The translations under genes were made by a program, and so were the position numbers. A stretch of DNA of 64,000 bases from Candidatus Caldarchaeum sp. (GTDB lineage: Archaea > Thermoproteota > Nitrososphaeria_A > Caldarchaeales > Caldarchaeaceae). The notes below the pieces were generated by a model. That model was given only the letters and a program-made list of their open reading frames with translations. It was not told the origin of the DNA and did not search any database. This document shows positions 11,160-20,009 of the stretch, piece by piece; the stretch's first letter is position 1, and every line of letters starts with the position of its first letter. The stretch lies in contig JAVZZH010000003.1 of the NCBI GenBank assembly GCA_038885755.1, positions 96,001 through 160,000 of the forward strand, written 5' to 3'.

Positions 11160-12170
11160 TCACTTCACCAGTCGAGTAGCTGCCTCCACAATCTTGTCAG
11201 CAGTGACCATATACTTCTTTTCAAGTTCATGCGACTGGGGGGCTGGCATGGTTGGAGAGTTCAGCCTGATGATGGGCGCCTCCAAGTAATCAAATGCATA
11301 TTCACATACGTAGCTGGCCACTTCAGCCGATATACCGCATGTCTTCACACTATCCTCCGCAACTATTAGCCTGTTGGTCTTCCTCACCGATTCTAAGATT
11401 GTCTGATAATCCATCGGCACTATAGTCCTCAAGTCTATGACTTCGGCTTGGACCCCGTTCCCAGCCAGCTGTTCAGCTGCTGCCATAGCCTCGGAAACGA
11501 CCCTGGAAACAGCTACGATTGTCAGGTCGTCGCCAGACTTCTTCACATCAGCCCTGCCTATGGGTGTCAGATACTCTTCCTCAGGCACAGGACCCTTATA
11601 CCCATAGTATGTTCGGTTCACATATAGGGCTCCTGACTCCACGAATAGGACTGGGTCATCATCCCTTATCGAAGATTTTATCAGCCCCTTAGCATCTTTG
11701 GGAGTGGCGGGTGCCACAATCTTGAGGCCGGGAGCTTGCATGAAAGAAGCTGCTAGGAACTGGGTGTGTTGGCTACCGTACGCCCGGCCGAGGCTATACT
11801 GTGTCCTAACAACTAGGGGAAGCTTAACCTGACCTGCGCTCATGAAACGCATCTTAGAAGCATGTGTAACCAGCTGGTCGAAGGCGATACCTGCGAAGTC
11901 GAAGAACATCAGCTCCGCCACAGGTCGCAACCCGTTAAGAGCAGCTCCTATCGCAGCACCCACTATAGCTATCTCCGAAATGGGTGTGTCCAAGACCCTC
12001 TTGGGGCCAAACTCTTTGAGAAGGTCTTTGGTTACCTTGTAGACGCCTCCCGAGGCTGCCACCTCCTCGCCGAAGACTATCACCCTTTCATCCCGACGCA
12101 TCTCTTCACGAAGCCCCTCATTCAGGGCCTCGACATATGTAAGCTCCCTCACAGCCAACCCTCTACTCAC
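11160..12170 (-). CDS. 2-oxoacid/acetoin dehydrogenase E1 beta subunit
   Basis: GEEV..GGVY, DTPISE, RPVAELMF, DAKGL, IDLRT. Confidence 0.93.
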   Translation of the reverse strand: MSRGLAVRELTYVEALNEGLREEMRRDERVIVFGEEVAASGGVYKVTKDLLKEFGPKRVLDTPISEIAIVGAAIGAALNGLRPVAELMFFDFAGIAFDQLVTHASKMRFMSAGQVKLPLVVRTQYSLGRAYGSQHTQFLAASFMQAPGLKIVAPATPKDAKGLIKSSIRDDDPVLFVESGALYVNRTYYGYKGPVPEEEYLTPIGRADVKKSGDDLTIVAVSRVVSEAMAAAEQLAGNGVQAEVIDLRTIVPMDYQTILESVRKTNRLIVAEDSVKTCGISAEVASYVCEYAFDYLEAPIIRLNSPTMPAPQSHELEKKYMVTADKIVEAATRLVK

Positions 12171-13190
12171 CTACACAGGAGTAGAGTAAACCAGTGAAGA
12201 GAGCTTCTCATATTCGTATACTGGTGAGTTGAGAACCTCATCCACTACAACATCTAGCTGACGGGCGACATCAGCCTCGATCGTCTTCTTCTCCTCGTCT
12301 TGGAGTAAACCAGCTGATTTCATCTTTTCAACCAACATGTCTATTGGGTCTCTTCGCAGCCATTCCTCAATCTCTTCCCTAGGCCTATATCCTGTCCCTA
12401 GGTCATAAGCCCCGTGTCCTTTGAATCGGTATGTCTTACATTCGATGAAAGCCGGGCCGGCGCCGGACCTTATCTTATCCAAGGCTTTAAGGGTTGTTTC
12501 ATAGACTTCTATGACATCATTCCCAAAGGCGGTGTAGGCTGGCATACCATAGCAGGCAGCCCTCGCCATTATGCTTTCGCCTGCAAAGACGGATTTGAGT
12601 GGTGTGGTCATGGCATAGGTATTATTCTCACACACAAAGAGAACTGGGAGCTTCCAAGCAGCCGCTAGGTTAAGCGCCTCATGGAACGCTCCGGTATTGA
12701 CTGCACCGTCTCCGAAGAAGGCGACAGCCACATTCTTACTCTCCCTGTATTTGAACGCCAATCCCACACCCACAGCGATAGGTATGCCGCTGCCAACTAT
12801 AGCTGTCGCGAGCGGGATACCAAGCTCTGCAGAGATCGGGGCATGCATGGAGCCTCCCAAGCCCTTACACGTCCCCACAGCCTTACCCAAAATCTCTCCC
12901 AACATGGCTTTCATCGGTATGCCACGGGCTATTCCATGTCCATGGCCTCTATAAGTTGAGATAATCACATCATCCTTCTCGAGAGCCTCAATAACACCAA
13001 CCGCCACACCCTCCTGCCCAATGTACAGGTGTGTTGGTCCCAGAATACGTCCCTCACGGTATAGCTTCTCCACACGCTCCTCGAACATCCTAATCTCGAT
13101 CATCTTCCGCAACATGCCCAGGAGCTTGTCGCGGGAGATGAGAAGTTGCTGACGAGAACTCATTTGCGGTTGGCTGATTCTCTGAGACAT
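12171..13190 (-). CDS. 2-oxoacid/acetoin dehydrogenase E1 alpha subunit (start may be 13163 given the TATA at 13192-13198)
   Basis: HLYIGQE, YRGHGH, GGSMH, GDGA...ENN TPP-binding motif, TYRFKGH. Confidence 0.93.
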   Translation of the reverse strand: MSQRISQPQMSSRQQLLISRDKLLGMLRKMIEIRMFEERVEKLYREGRILGPTHLYIGQEGVAVGVIEALEKDDVIISTYRGHGHGIARGIPMKAMLGEILGKAVGTCKGLGGSMHAPISAELGIPLATAIVGSGIPIAVGVGLAFKYRESKNVAVAFFGDGAVNTGAFHEALNLAAAWKLPVLFVCENNTYAMTTPLKSVFAGESIMARAACYGMPAYTAFGNDVIEVYETTLKALDKIRSGAGPAFIECKTYRFKGHGAYDLGTGYRPREEIEEWLRRDPIDMLVEKMKSAGLLQDEEKKTIEADVARQLDVVVDEVLNSPVYEYEKLSSLVYSTPV

Positions 13191-13239
13191 ATTTAAAAAT
13201 TGCGGACCCTGCTCAGGAATGATCGCTAGCCGCCATGCT

Positions 13240-14085
13240 CAGTTTGATATGCCGGAATTCTAAGGCGTCTTTCCAACTAACAGGTTCATGCCCGCCGTCC
13301 ATACATGCCTTCTCAAAATAGTCTGCTAAGGCATCCCTAATCCTATCGTGTAATCAGTTCGCTATCATTGCCCTAGCTCTCTAAAAGGATGACATACCTC
13401 TAAGGTCAGCCCACCCATTCTCAGCTACATGTCGATTGATAGAAACTATCCTAGAGAATTTCCCCTCTGAAGCGGTGGATGGAAGAGTGCTGCCAGAGGG
13501 CATGCTCTAGGTTGGGGGTATGGGAAGACCTTAGCTGCCACCCACCAGCAATCTAGCCAAGTATTTCCGTTTCACAGCCCGCAATGTTTAACTCAACAGA
13601 CCCCACTCCACCATAGGCCCCCCGCACCGCTCAGGCTTGTCCGTAACTACAATAGCAGCTATCTTTTTCCAAGGGCATCTCGACACAGGTTCTCCCACCC
13701 TATCCAAGACGTTCTTTATCAGCACAGGCTCGTCATTCCTGATAAGATACGCATCATGCATCATCGGCTTGGAAACATTCACCTCAACCATGGCGGGCAT
13801 TGCATCAATGGATAGGGAGGGTACGACGTCATTCTGGGCCACCCCGGTCTATGTTATGAAGAGCGTGTAAATCTTTTTAGCCTACGGTATCCCTCCACAC
13901 CTTATCAGCCTGCTATACTCCGAGAGCCAGTAGCCGGCAACGCATAAGGCCCCGCTGTTGTCCATATCGCGGGATGTCTTTCCAGAGGCTACTGGATAGC
14001 GGCGGCCCACTTGTATGGATGAGAGCCCTTCCTCAAACAAAGAGGTTGTCGTTCCACCGCGAAGCAATTTGTGTTACCGATATTT
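13240..14085 (-). pseudogene. Degraded acetyl-CoA hydrolase/succinate CoA-transferase family gene
   Basis: Fragments RRYP, YWLSEYSRLIR.G, VVPSLSID..VEVN..MHDAY, KIAAIVVTDKPE, GGHEP. Frameshifts and apparent deletions. Confidence 0.7.
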
Positions 14086-14087
14086 GT

Positions 14088-15062
14088 TCAGTCATATCTT
14101 GGTGCTATCTCGTTAGCAACATACTCCAATACATCCAAATCCCTTGTGAGAGGTATGAGGTTAAAGTGGGTTAGACCCGCTGAAATCTGTTCATCTATGC
14201 GCTTAGCCAGTTCCACTTTATCACATATGAAATACTGTTTCCTAGCCTCCTCGAATGGCATAGCCAAAACCTGTGACACATCCTCTGCAGCTTTGTTCTC
14301 ACGTCCGTCGAGTAGGTAGACGTATTTGTGGGACATCATTGGAAAGTTGCTGTCATCCTTCCTAAGAGACTTGAGATGTTTACGGAGTATCTCTATGCTT
14401 TTTCTGATATATTCCACCGGTACGTATGTCGCTGCATACCAGCCATCACCCAGTTCGGCAGCCCTTCTCAACAGCCTCTCAAACCGGCTTGGGTCGTTCA
14501 ACGACCTGCCGCCGGCTCCAATTATTATTGGTGGGTGGGGTTTCTGGATTGGCTTCGGCTCTAGACGTATATCCTTGAACCTCCAGAATCTACCCTCCCA
14601 ACTGGCTGACTCCTCAGTCCAGAGCAGCTTCATTATTTTTACGGCCTCCTCGAATCTCCTACCCCTCTCCTTCATACTAACTCCCACAAGCTCGTATTCC
14701 TTGTCGAGCCAGCCAATTGCTACACCTAAGATGAATCGGCCGTTGGAGATGACATCCAGGGTCGCAACCTCTTTAGCCAGGACTCCGGGGTTTCTCAAGG
14801 GAAGTATTACTATGGCTGTACCTATCTTCACCTTCTTGACAGCCGAGGATACGGCGGCCATAGTGACTAGGGGCTCGTACCAGCTTGTGGAGAGAAGCGG
14901 TGGGGCCATTACAAAATGTTCTGCATGCCAGATGGATGTGTATCCCAGCCTCTCAACCTCTCGACAGTAAGAGGCCAGCTCCTCACCCGACATGTATCCC
15001 CCCTTCCAAGTTCCGCCACAGTAGTCGGGCAAAACAACTCCGAAAGTTGCTCTATTCCTCAC
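14088..15062 (-). CDS. Luciferase-like (LLM) flavin/F420-dependent oxidoreductase, paralog of 9551..10552
   Basis: GYTSIWHAEH, EPLVTM, LPLRNP..LAKEVATLDVISNGR, PKPIQKPHPPIIIG, GDGW. Confidence 0.92.
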   Translation of the reverse strand: MRNRATFGVVLPDYCGGTWKGGYMSGEELASYCREVERLGYTSIWHAEHFVMAPPLLSTSWYEPLVTMAAVSSAVKKVKIGTAIVILPLRNPGVLAKEVATLDVISNGRFILGVAIGWLDKEYELVGVSMKERGRRFEEAVKIMKLLWTEESASWEGRFWRFKDIRLEPKPIQKPHPPIIIGAGGRSLNDPSRFERLLRRAAELGDGWYAATYVPVEYIRKSIEILRKHLKSLRKDDSNFPMMSHKYVYLLDGRENKAAEDVSQVLAMPFEEARKQYFICDKVELAKRIDEQISAGLTHFNLIPLTRDLDVLEYVANEIAPRYD

Positions 15063-15083
15063 GAGCGGGTTGGCCGCCGGTTA

Positions 15084-16463
15084 TTATTTAACTACTACTT
15101 TTAACCGCCTCCCCTGACTGTACGCCGACCCGGCACTCTGACACTCTCCAGCATCCGGTCTAGTAGCAAGCCATGCCACCACCCTGCATGGAGCAGCCTC
15201 ACAGCCCACAATGGGTATCGGGAAGGCGGTAATCCACACCCTCCTCACCCCGTCCAGCGGTGTTAGATTCAAGTTCTCCAGGATCAATATATCATTAGAT
15301 AGCAGTATCTTGTGGATTGGATAGTCAAATCCATCCTTCCTCATGTGATACGGTATTTCTGGTGTTAGGGTGTCAACACCTATCATACTCACCTTAGCAT
15401 CACACAGCCACCACGCCACTTCCTCGGATATGAAGGGATGTAGATTGTATTCGGGCTGCCTGAAGAAGCCACCCCATCCAGTATTAAAGAATACCATAGA
15501 GTTTTCCCCGACAAGCTCTTCATATCCGCTGACATCACGGAGGGTGATGGGCTGGTTGCAGTTCTTCCTTACCTTGATTATGACACATTCTCCCGCAAAC
15601 CTAGAGAGATCATACTCCTCTATCGTCTTCCCCCTCTCGAAAAACTGTCTAGGCGTATCTACATGTGTTCCTATGTGGGAGGGCATGTAGATATTTGTAA
15701 TGTTGACGGAGTCAACCATCACGTTGCAGGCTGTCCTTATCTGGGGCGGGGTCAGTATCTTGGGAATATGGGGCATTCCATTGAATATTGGTTGGGATAG
15801 ATCTACGATCAGGGGCCTGTTAAGCTTATTCCCCTTGGCTCTCGTGAGGGCGTCCACTCTTCTCCTCAACTCACGTACTGTGAGTGTCTCCTCAACCACC
15901 TGACGGAATAACCTATCCTGCAGCGCCCTATCACGCACCTTTAGTAATACCCTAGCATGTAGAAGCCCGAATCTATTGGTATCGATACTACCGCTCCGGA
16001 CCGCTCTTATGATATTGGGGCTTAGCGACAGCAGCTGCACCCGGTTATAGACGTATTCTTTACGGACACCGACCAACCGCGCAATATCCTCATATGTTCT
16101 GCCAAACCTAGCTTTCCATGTCTCGAAAAGGTCTGCCTCCTCTAGAGGGTTCTTGTCCTTCCTAAACAGGTTTTCCACCGCATTCTGTATGAGAACATGC
16201 TCATCATCGAGCTCTTCCACAATCGTACTGATCTTGTTCAGCCCTGCAAGCATGGCTGCCTCGAGACGCCGCCTACCCCAGACTAGCTCGTAAAACCCGT
16301 CTGCCGTGGGTCTGACCTTTATAGGTACATCCACATCACCCCTCGCCTTAAGGGATTTTGCAAGCTCCACCACATCGCCCAAGTCCTTCCTCTCGGGCAG
16401 CCAGCTGATGAGACGTATCTTCTCGACCGGGATCTTCTTGATTTTAGAGGAGCTATTCATCAC
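15084..16463 (-). CDS. ParB/Spo0J (ParBc + HTH) fused to a C-terminal cyclase/kynurenine formamidase-like domain
   Basis: N half: PIKVR..YELVWGRRRLEAA, ENLFRKDKNPLEEA, HTH TYEDIARLVGVRKEYVYNR, HARVLL, LTVRELR. C half: VDLSQPI, HIGTHVDTP, IGVDT, IHKILL..ILENL, AAPCRVVA. One continuous frame. Confidence 0.88.
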   Translation of the reverse strand: MMNSSSKIKKIPVEKIRLISWLPERKDLGDVVELAKSLKARGDVDVPIKVRPTADGFYELVWGRRRLEAAMLAGLNKISTIVEELDDEHVLIQNAVENLFRKDKNPLEEADLFETWKARFGRTYEDIARLVGVRKEYVYNRVQLLSLSPNIIRAVRSGSIDTNRFGLLHARVLLKVRDRALQDRLFRQVVEETLTVRELRRRVDALTRAKGNKLNRPLIVDLSQPIFNGMPHIPKILTPPQIRTACNVMVDSVNITNIYMPSHIGTHVDTPRQFFERGKTIEEYDLSRFAGECVIIKVRKNCNQPITLRDVSGYEELVGENSMVFFNTGWGGFFRQPEYNLHPFISEEVAWWLCDAKVSMIGVDTLTPEIPYHMRKDGFDYPIHKILLSNDILILENLNLTPLDGVRRVWITAFPIPIVGCEAAPCRVVAWLATRPDAGECQSAGSAYSQGRRLKVVVK

Positions 16464-16551
16464 TTTTTGACGACCTAGGTATATATATAAGCAGTTGGTT
16501 TCGTGCCCCTGCTAGGGCTTTAAGTTGCCGGCTGTTAAACCCGTTATCCTA

Positions 16552-16641
16552 GTGTCCGGATAAGGACGGTATTTAATTACTGGATGGTTTCTCTCCTCTT
16601 GTATGGCTCTAGGCTGGCTGTCAAAAGCGTTATCCGGACAC
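16552..16641. promoter_or_regulatory. Perfect 12-bp inverted repeat GTGTCCGGATAA-N66-TTATCCGGACAC in a divergent promoter region
   Basis: Read directly at 16552-16563 and 16630-16641, between TATA elements near 16480 and 16663. The regulatory role is inferred. Confidence 0.55.
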
Positions 16642-16693
16642 CACCATCCCAGTTTGCACAAGATTTATATGCCTTACAGCGGAGCCACAATCC

Positions 16694-18100
16694 ATGAAGG
16701 AGAAAAACTGTGAAGCCGCTGGAGAGCAACGAATCACCAGACGGAGGGCCATCAGCAATGCTGTAGCCGCAGGCGTAGTGGTCGGTGTTGGGATAGTAGC
16801 CGGACTGGGGGGGTATTTCGCCGGAGCATCGTCAAGCGGTAGGGTTGAAACCGTTACACAGAAGGAGACAGTTGCAGTGGGCGGGCAGACAGTGACCGTG
16901 ACAAACACAGTGACACAGACTACAACAGCCACAGTCACAGGAACCGCGGGATCTGACAAACCTGTGATCATTGGATACACACTACCCAAGACCGGTGGAT
17001 TCGCTGCAAACGGTGTGGTACATGATATCGCTGATGAGGTGGCTATAAGGAAAATAAACGAGACTGGCGGATTCTTAGGAAGACCTGTCAGAAGGCTTGT
17101 CTATGACGACCGCTCCGACATTTCACAGATACCTCCTCTCTATGAACGGCTGATAACACAGGACAAGGTGGACCTCATCGTGGGTCCATACGCTACACCA
17201 TTCATAGCAGCAGCCATGCCTGTGGCGGAGAAATATAGAAAGGTCTACATCTTTGACTCATACACACTTCCCAAACAGGCTACCTATGAATTCGCGTTCT
17301 CCAGCTGGGCCACAGGATACAACACTGACATCGAATGGCCGACTCTATTGTTTGAGGCTTTGCAGAACTCGGCAGGTAAGCTTCCCAAGCGTCTTGTCGT
17401 CGTGCATAGCACGCATCCCGGAGCAACATTCGTGGCCAGCGGTGTCCCCACTGTTGCAGAGAGATTCGGGATCGAGGTGCTTGATGTGATCAGATACGAG
17501 CTGGGTACCACAGACTTCCTACCGATAGCGACACGGCTGAAGGAGCTGAAGCCGGAGTTCCTCCTACAGGCTGGGCTCGTGCTCGATGAGAGTAACATGA
17601 GACAAGCTTTGGACAAAGTTGGCTTCATCCCGTATGGCCATTCAAGTCTCTGGCCTTCGGTGGGCGCATTGCTCGGCCTCGGTCCACTAGGAGATGGGTT
17701 GATAAGCCAGTCTGTCTTCGAGGCGCATATACCGTTTACGCAAGATGCAGAGGCCAGATATTTTGTTGAAAACTACCAGAAGCGGGCGAGAGAGGCTGGT
17801 CTAGCCTACTGGAAAGCTGATACACAGAGTGGCACGAGCTACGCCATGTTCCAGATATTGAGGGAGGCTGTCAGGGGGTCAGGCTCTCTCAACGATGAGG
17901 ACATTGGTAAGTGGCTCAAGAAAAACAAGGTTGATACAATATTCGGAGAGCTCACTTTCGACGGCCCCAACAATTATGGACCCATGAAGACTTGGATAGC
18001 TCAGATTCAGAACGGCGAGCAGATAGTAGTGTGGCCACCAGACTACGCAAAGCCAAGGTCGAAGCTACAGTATCCATCACCACTAGCCAAGGGCTACTAG
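16694..18100 (+). CDS. Liv-type (HAAT) ABC transporter substrate-binding protein with a Tat-like signal and Thr-rich linker
   Basis: ITRRRAI plus hydrophobic helix, T/V-rich linker, INETGGFLGRPV..YDD, DKVDLIVGPY, DTIFG, QIQNG..VVWP. Confidence 0.9.
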   Translation: MKEKNCEAAGEQRITRRRAISNAVAAGVVVGVGIVAGLGGYFAGASSSGRVETVTQKETVAVGGQTVTVTNTVTQTTTATVTGTAGSDKPVIIGYTLPKTGGFAANGVVHDIADEVAIRKINETGGFLGRPVRRLVYDDRSDISQIPPLYERLITQDKVDLIVGPYATPFIAAAMPVAEKYRKVYIFDSYTLPKQATYEFAFSSWATGYNTDIEWPTLLFEALQNSAGKLPKRLVVVHSTHPGATFVASGVPTVAERFGIEVLDVIRYELGTTDFLPIATRLKELKPEFLLQAGLVLDESNMRQALDKVGFIPYGHSSLWPSVGALLGLGPLGDGLISQSVFEAHIPFTQDAEARYFVENYQKRAREAGLAYWKADTQSGTSYAMFQILREAVRGSGSLNDEDIGKWLKKNKVDTIFGELTFDGPNNYGPMKTWIAQIQNGEQIVVWPPDYAKPRSKLQYPSPLAKGY

Positions 18101-18131
18101 TAGGTCGGAACCCACACCAACAGCGGCTCAA

Positions 18132-19001
18132 GTGGATGGCATGGTATCGGTTGCGGGGGTAATCCAGAGCCTCCTGACAGGCACGCTAGTGGGAGGATTC
18201 TACGGCCTGTTTGCGCTCGGACTCTCAATGTCCTGGGGGGTCTTGTACATCATAAACATGTCCTACTTCCCATTCGCCGTCCTGTCCGCCTACATAACAT
18301 ATGCGGTTGTGACAACCCTCGGCTTCGACCCATTCATCTCCCTCATTTTTTCCATCCCCAGTTTCTTCATCATCGGCATCCTCATGCAACTCTTCTTCAA
18401 CAGATTCAAGATAGACATATTCAGGTCGCTGATAATCACCTTCGCCCTATTCGTGGTGGTTGAGAATACACTGATTTATGTATGGACGGCTGATGTTCGG
18501 CGCGTACCAGTGGGACTACTTGGCAGCTCGTTCTTAATCGGCTCCATGTATGTTCCAATAGGCGAGCTCATAGCCTTCTTCATAGGGGTGGCCATAGTTT
18601 TTGCCAACATGTTTATACTGAAGAAGACGAGGTTGGGGCTGGCTCTTAGGGCAGTAGCTGAGAATAGGGAGGCATCAGCCATGTGGGGTGTGAACTATTC
18701 TAGAATAGCCCTAGTAGTCGGTGGCCTGTCAATGTGCTATGTTGCAATAGCTGGATTATTCATCGCAATATTCTTCCCCTTCACCCCAAGCCATGGAAGC
18801 CTCTTCATAGGGAGGATATTCGCAGTTACAATCTTTGGAGGTCTTGGAAGCGTCACAGGAGCCTTCATAGCTGGTATAATACTCGGAGTCGCCGAGTCTG
18901 TGGCCGCCATACTCTTCGCACCGTCATGGTCGCCTCTAGTAGTGTTCCTACTGCTTTTGATTATACTCGTAGTCAAGCCCAGCGGGCTGACGTGGCGATG
19001 A
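18132..19001 (+). CDS. Liv-type ABC permease (LivH-like)
   Basis: YGLFALGL, KTRLGLALRAVAEN, FGGLGS, VKPSGL. Confidence 0.92.
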   Translation: MDGMVSVAGVIQSLLTGTLVGGFYGLFALGLSMSWGVLYIINMSYFPFAVLSAYITYAVVTTLGFDPFISLIFSIPSFFIIGILMQLFFNRFKIDIFRSLIITFALFVVVENTLIYVWTADVRRVPVGLLGSSFLIGSMYVPIGELIAFFIGVAIVFANMFILKKTRLGLALRAVAENREASAMWGVNYSRIALVVGGLSMCYVAIAGLFIAIFFPFTPSHGSLFIGRIFAVTIFGGLGSVTGAFIAGIILGVAESVAAILFAPSWSPLVVFLLLLIILVVKPSGLTWR

Positions 19002-19960
19002 GGGCTAGAAGACAGACAGCCTATACGATTATCATGTTATCCTCATCATTCATAATACTGCTCGCATTACCCTACATGGGGATTTCAGCGTTCATGATAT
19101 CCTTTCTGTTATCCGTATTCATTTGGGTTACGTTGGCGGTCAGCTGGAACATATTATCGGGCTACGTAGGCTACTTCAGCTTCGGACACACGGGGTTCTT
19201 CGGCTCGGGAGCATTCGCATCAGCCGTCACCGACTTCTTCTTCGAGATAGACTACTTCCTAACAATTCCCATAGCTGGTGCTGTTACAACGGCGATGGCC
19301 GCGGGGCTGGGGCTTGTCACATTCAGGCTCAGGAGGCTCCGTGGCGAGCTCTTTGCACTAACAACGCTGGTCCTAACCTCTGTCTCCTCAATAGTAGTGA
19401 TAAACAACTGGGGGAGCGGCATTGTCATGCGCTCAGTTAAGGCCTTCTGGCCATTCATCAGCATACCGCATATTTTCTACACTCTAGCGCTAATATTGTG
19501 TTTTATCAGTATCTATATCTCGGTGGCGATATATCGGTCGAGGCTTGGTCTAAACTTCTTCGCAATAAGGGATGATGAGGAGGCTGCAGAGGCCATAGGT
19601 ATCAACACCTTCAAGAGTAAGATGATAGCTTTTTGCATCAGCTCACTACTGGTAGGTGTGGCTGGAGCGGTCTTTGGCGGCTGGATAAAGTATGTCTGGC
19701 CCGAAACCGTATTCAGCTTAAACTATTCGTTGTATCCCATACTTATGACCATACTGGGAGGTATGGGAACCTGGATTGGGCCAATCGTTGGCGGTGTAAT
19801 CCTCACCACAATCTTCCAAATTGTAGCTGGTGGAGAGGCCGTGCTTAACAACATCATCTTAGGCTCGCTACTGGTGGTCGTGATGATATTCCTACCACGT
19901 GGACTCTTCAACCTTGTACTATCCGGCTACAGGAGAGTCAGGAGTCCAAGGCATCTGTAG
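18998..19960 (+). CDS. Liv-type ABC permease (LivM-like)
   Basis: ATGA overlap with the upstream stop; SWNILSGYVGYFSFGH, AIRDDEEAAEAIG, LGGMGT, PRGL. Confidence 0.92.
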   Translation: MRARRQTAYTIIMLSSSFIILLALPYMGISAFMISFLLSVFIWVTLAVSWNILSGYVGYFSFGHTGFFGSGAFASAVTDFFFEIDYFLTIPIAGAVTTAMAAGLGLVTFRLRRLRGELFALTTLVLTSVSSIVVINNWGSGIVMRSVKAFWPFISIPHIFYTLALILCFISIYISVAIYRSRLGLNFFAIRDDEEAAEAIGINTFKSKMIAFCISSLLVGVAGAVFGGWIKYVWPETVFSLNYSLYPILMTILGGMGTWIGPIVGGVILTTIFQIVAGGEAVLNNIILGSLLVVVMIFLPRGLFNLVLSGYRRVRSPRHL

Positions 19961-20009
19961 GCTTTGCCTGCTAAAACGTTTATAAGCACCATGGGAGCGG
20001 AGAGCGTGG

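Noticed and set aside
15084-16463. Ordinary parABS partition locus
   Set aside because: No parA or replication genes nearby, and the C-terminus is a cyclase domain
16845-16945. Repetitive ACAGTG/ACC-rich tract
   Set aside because: Encodes the ordinary Thr/Val linker of the binding protein; not a DNA repeat array or CRISPR
18734-18997. Long N-terminal extensions in the ORF track (18734, 24928, 27634, 28745, 38214, 40220, 55662)
   Set aside because: They overlap other genes or promoters; homology and TATA positions favour downstream starts
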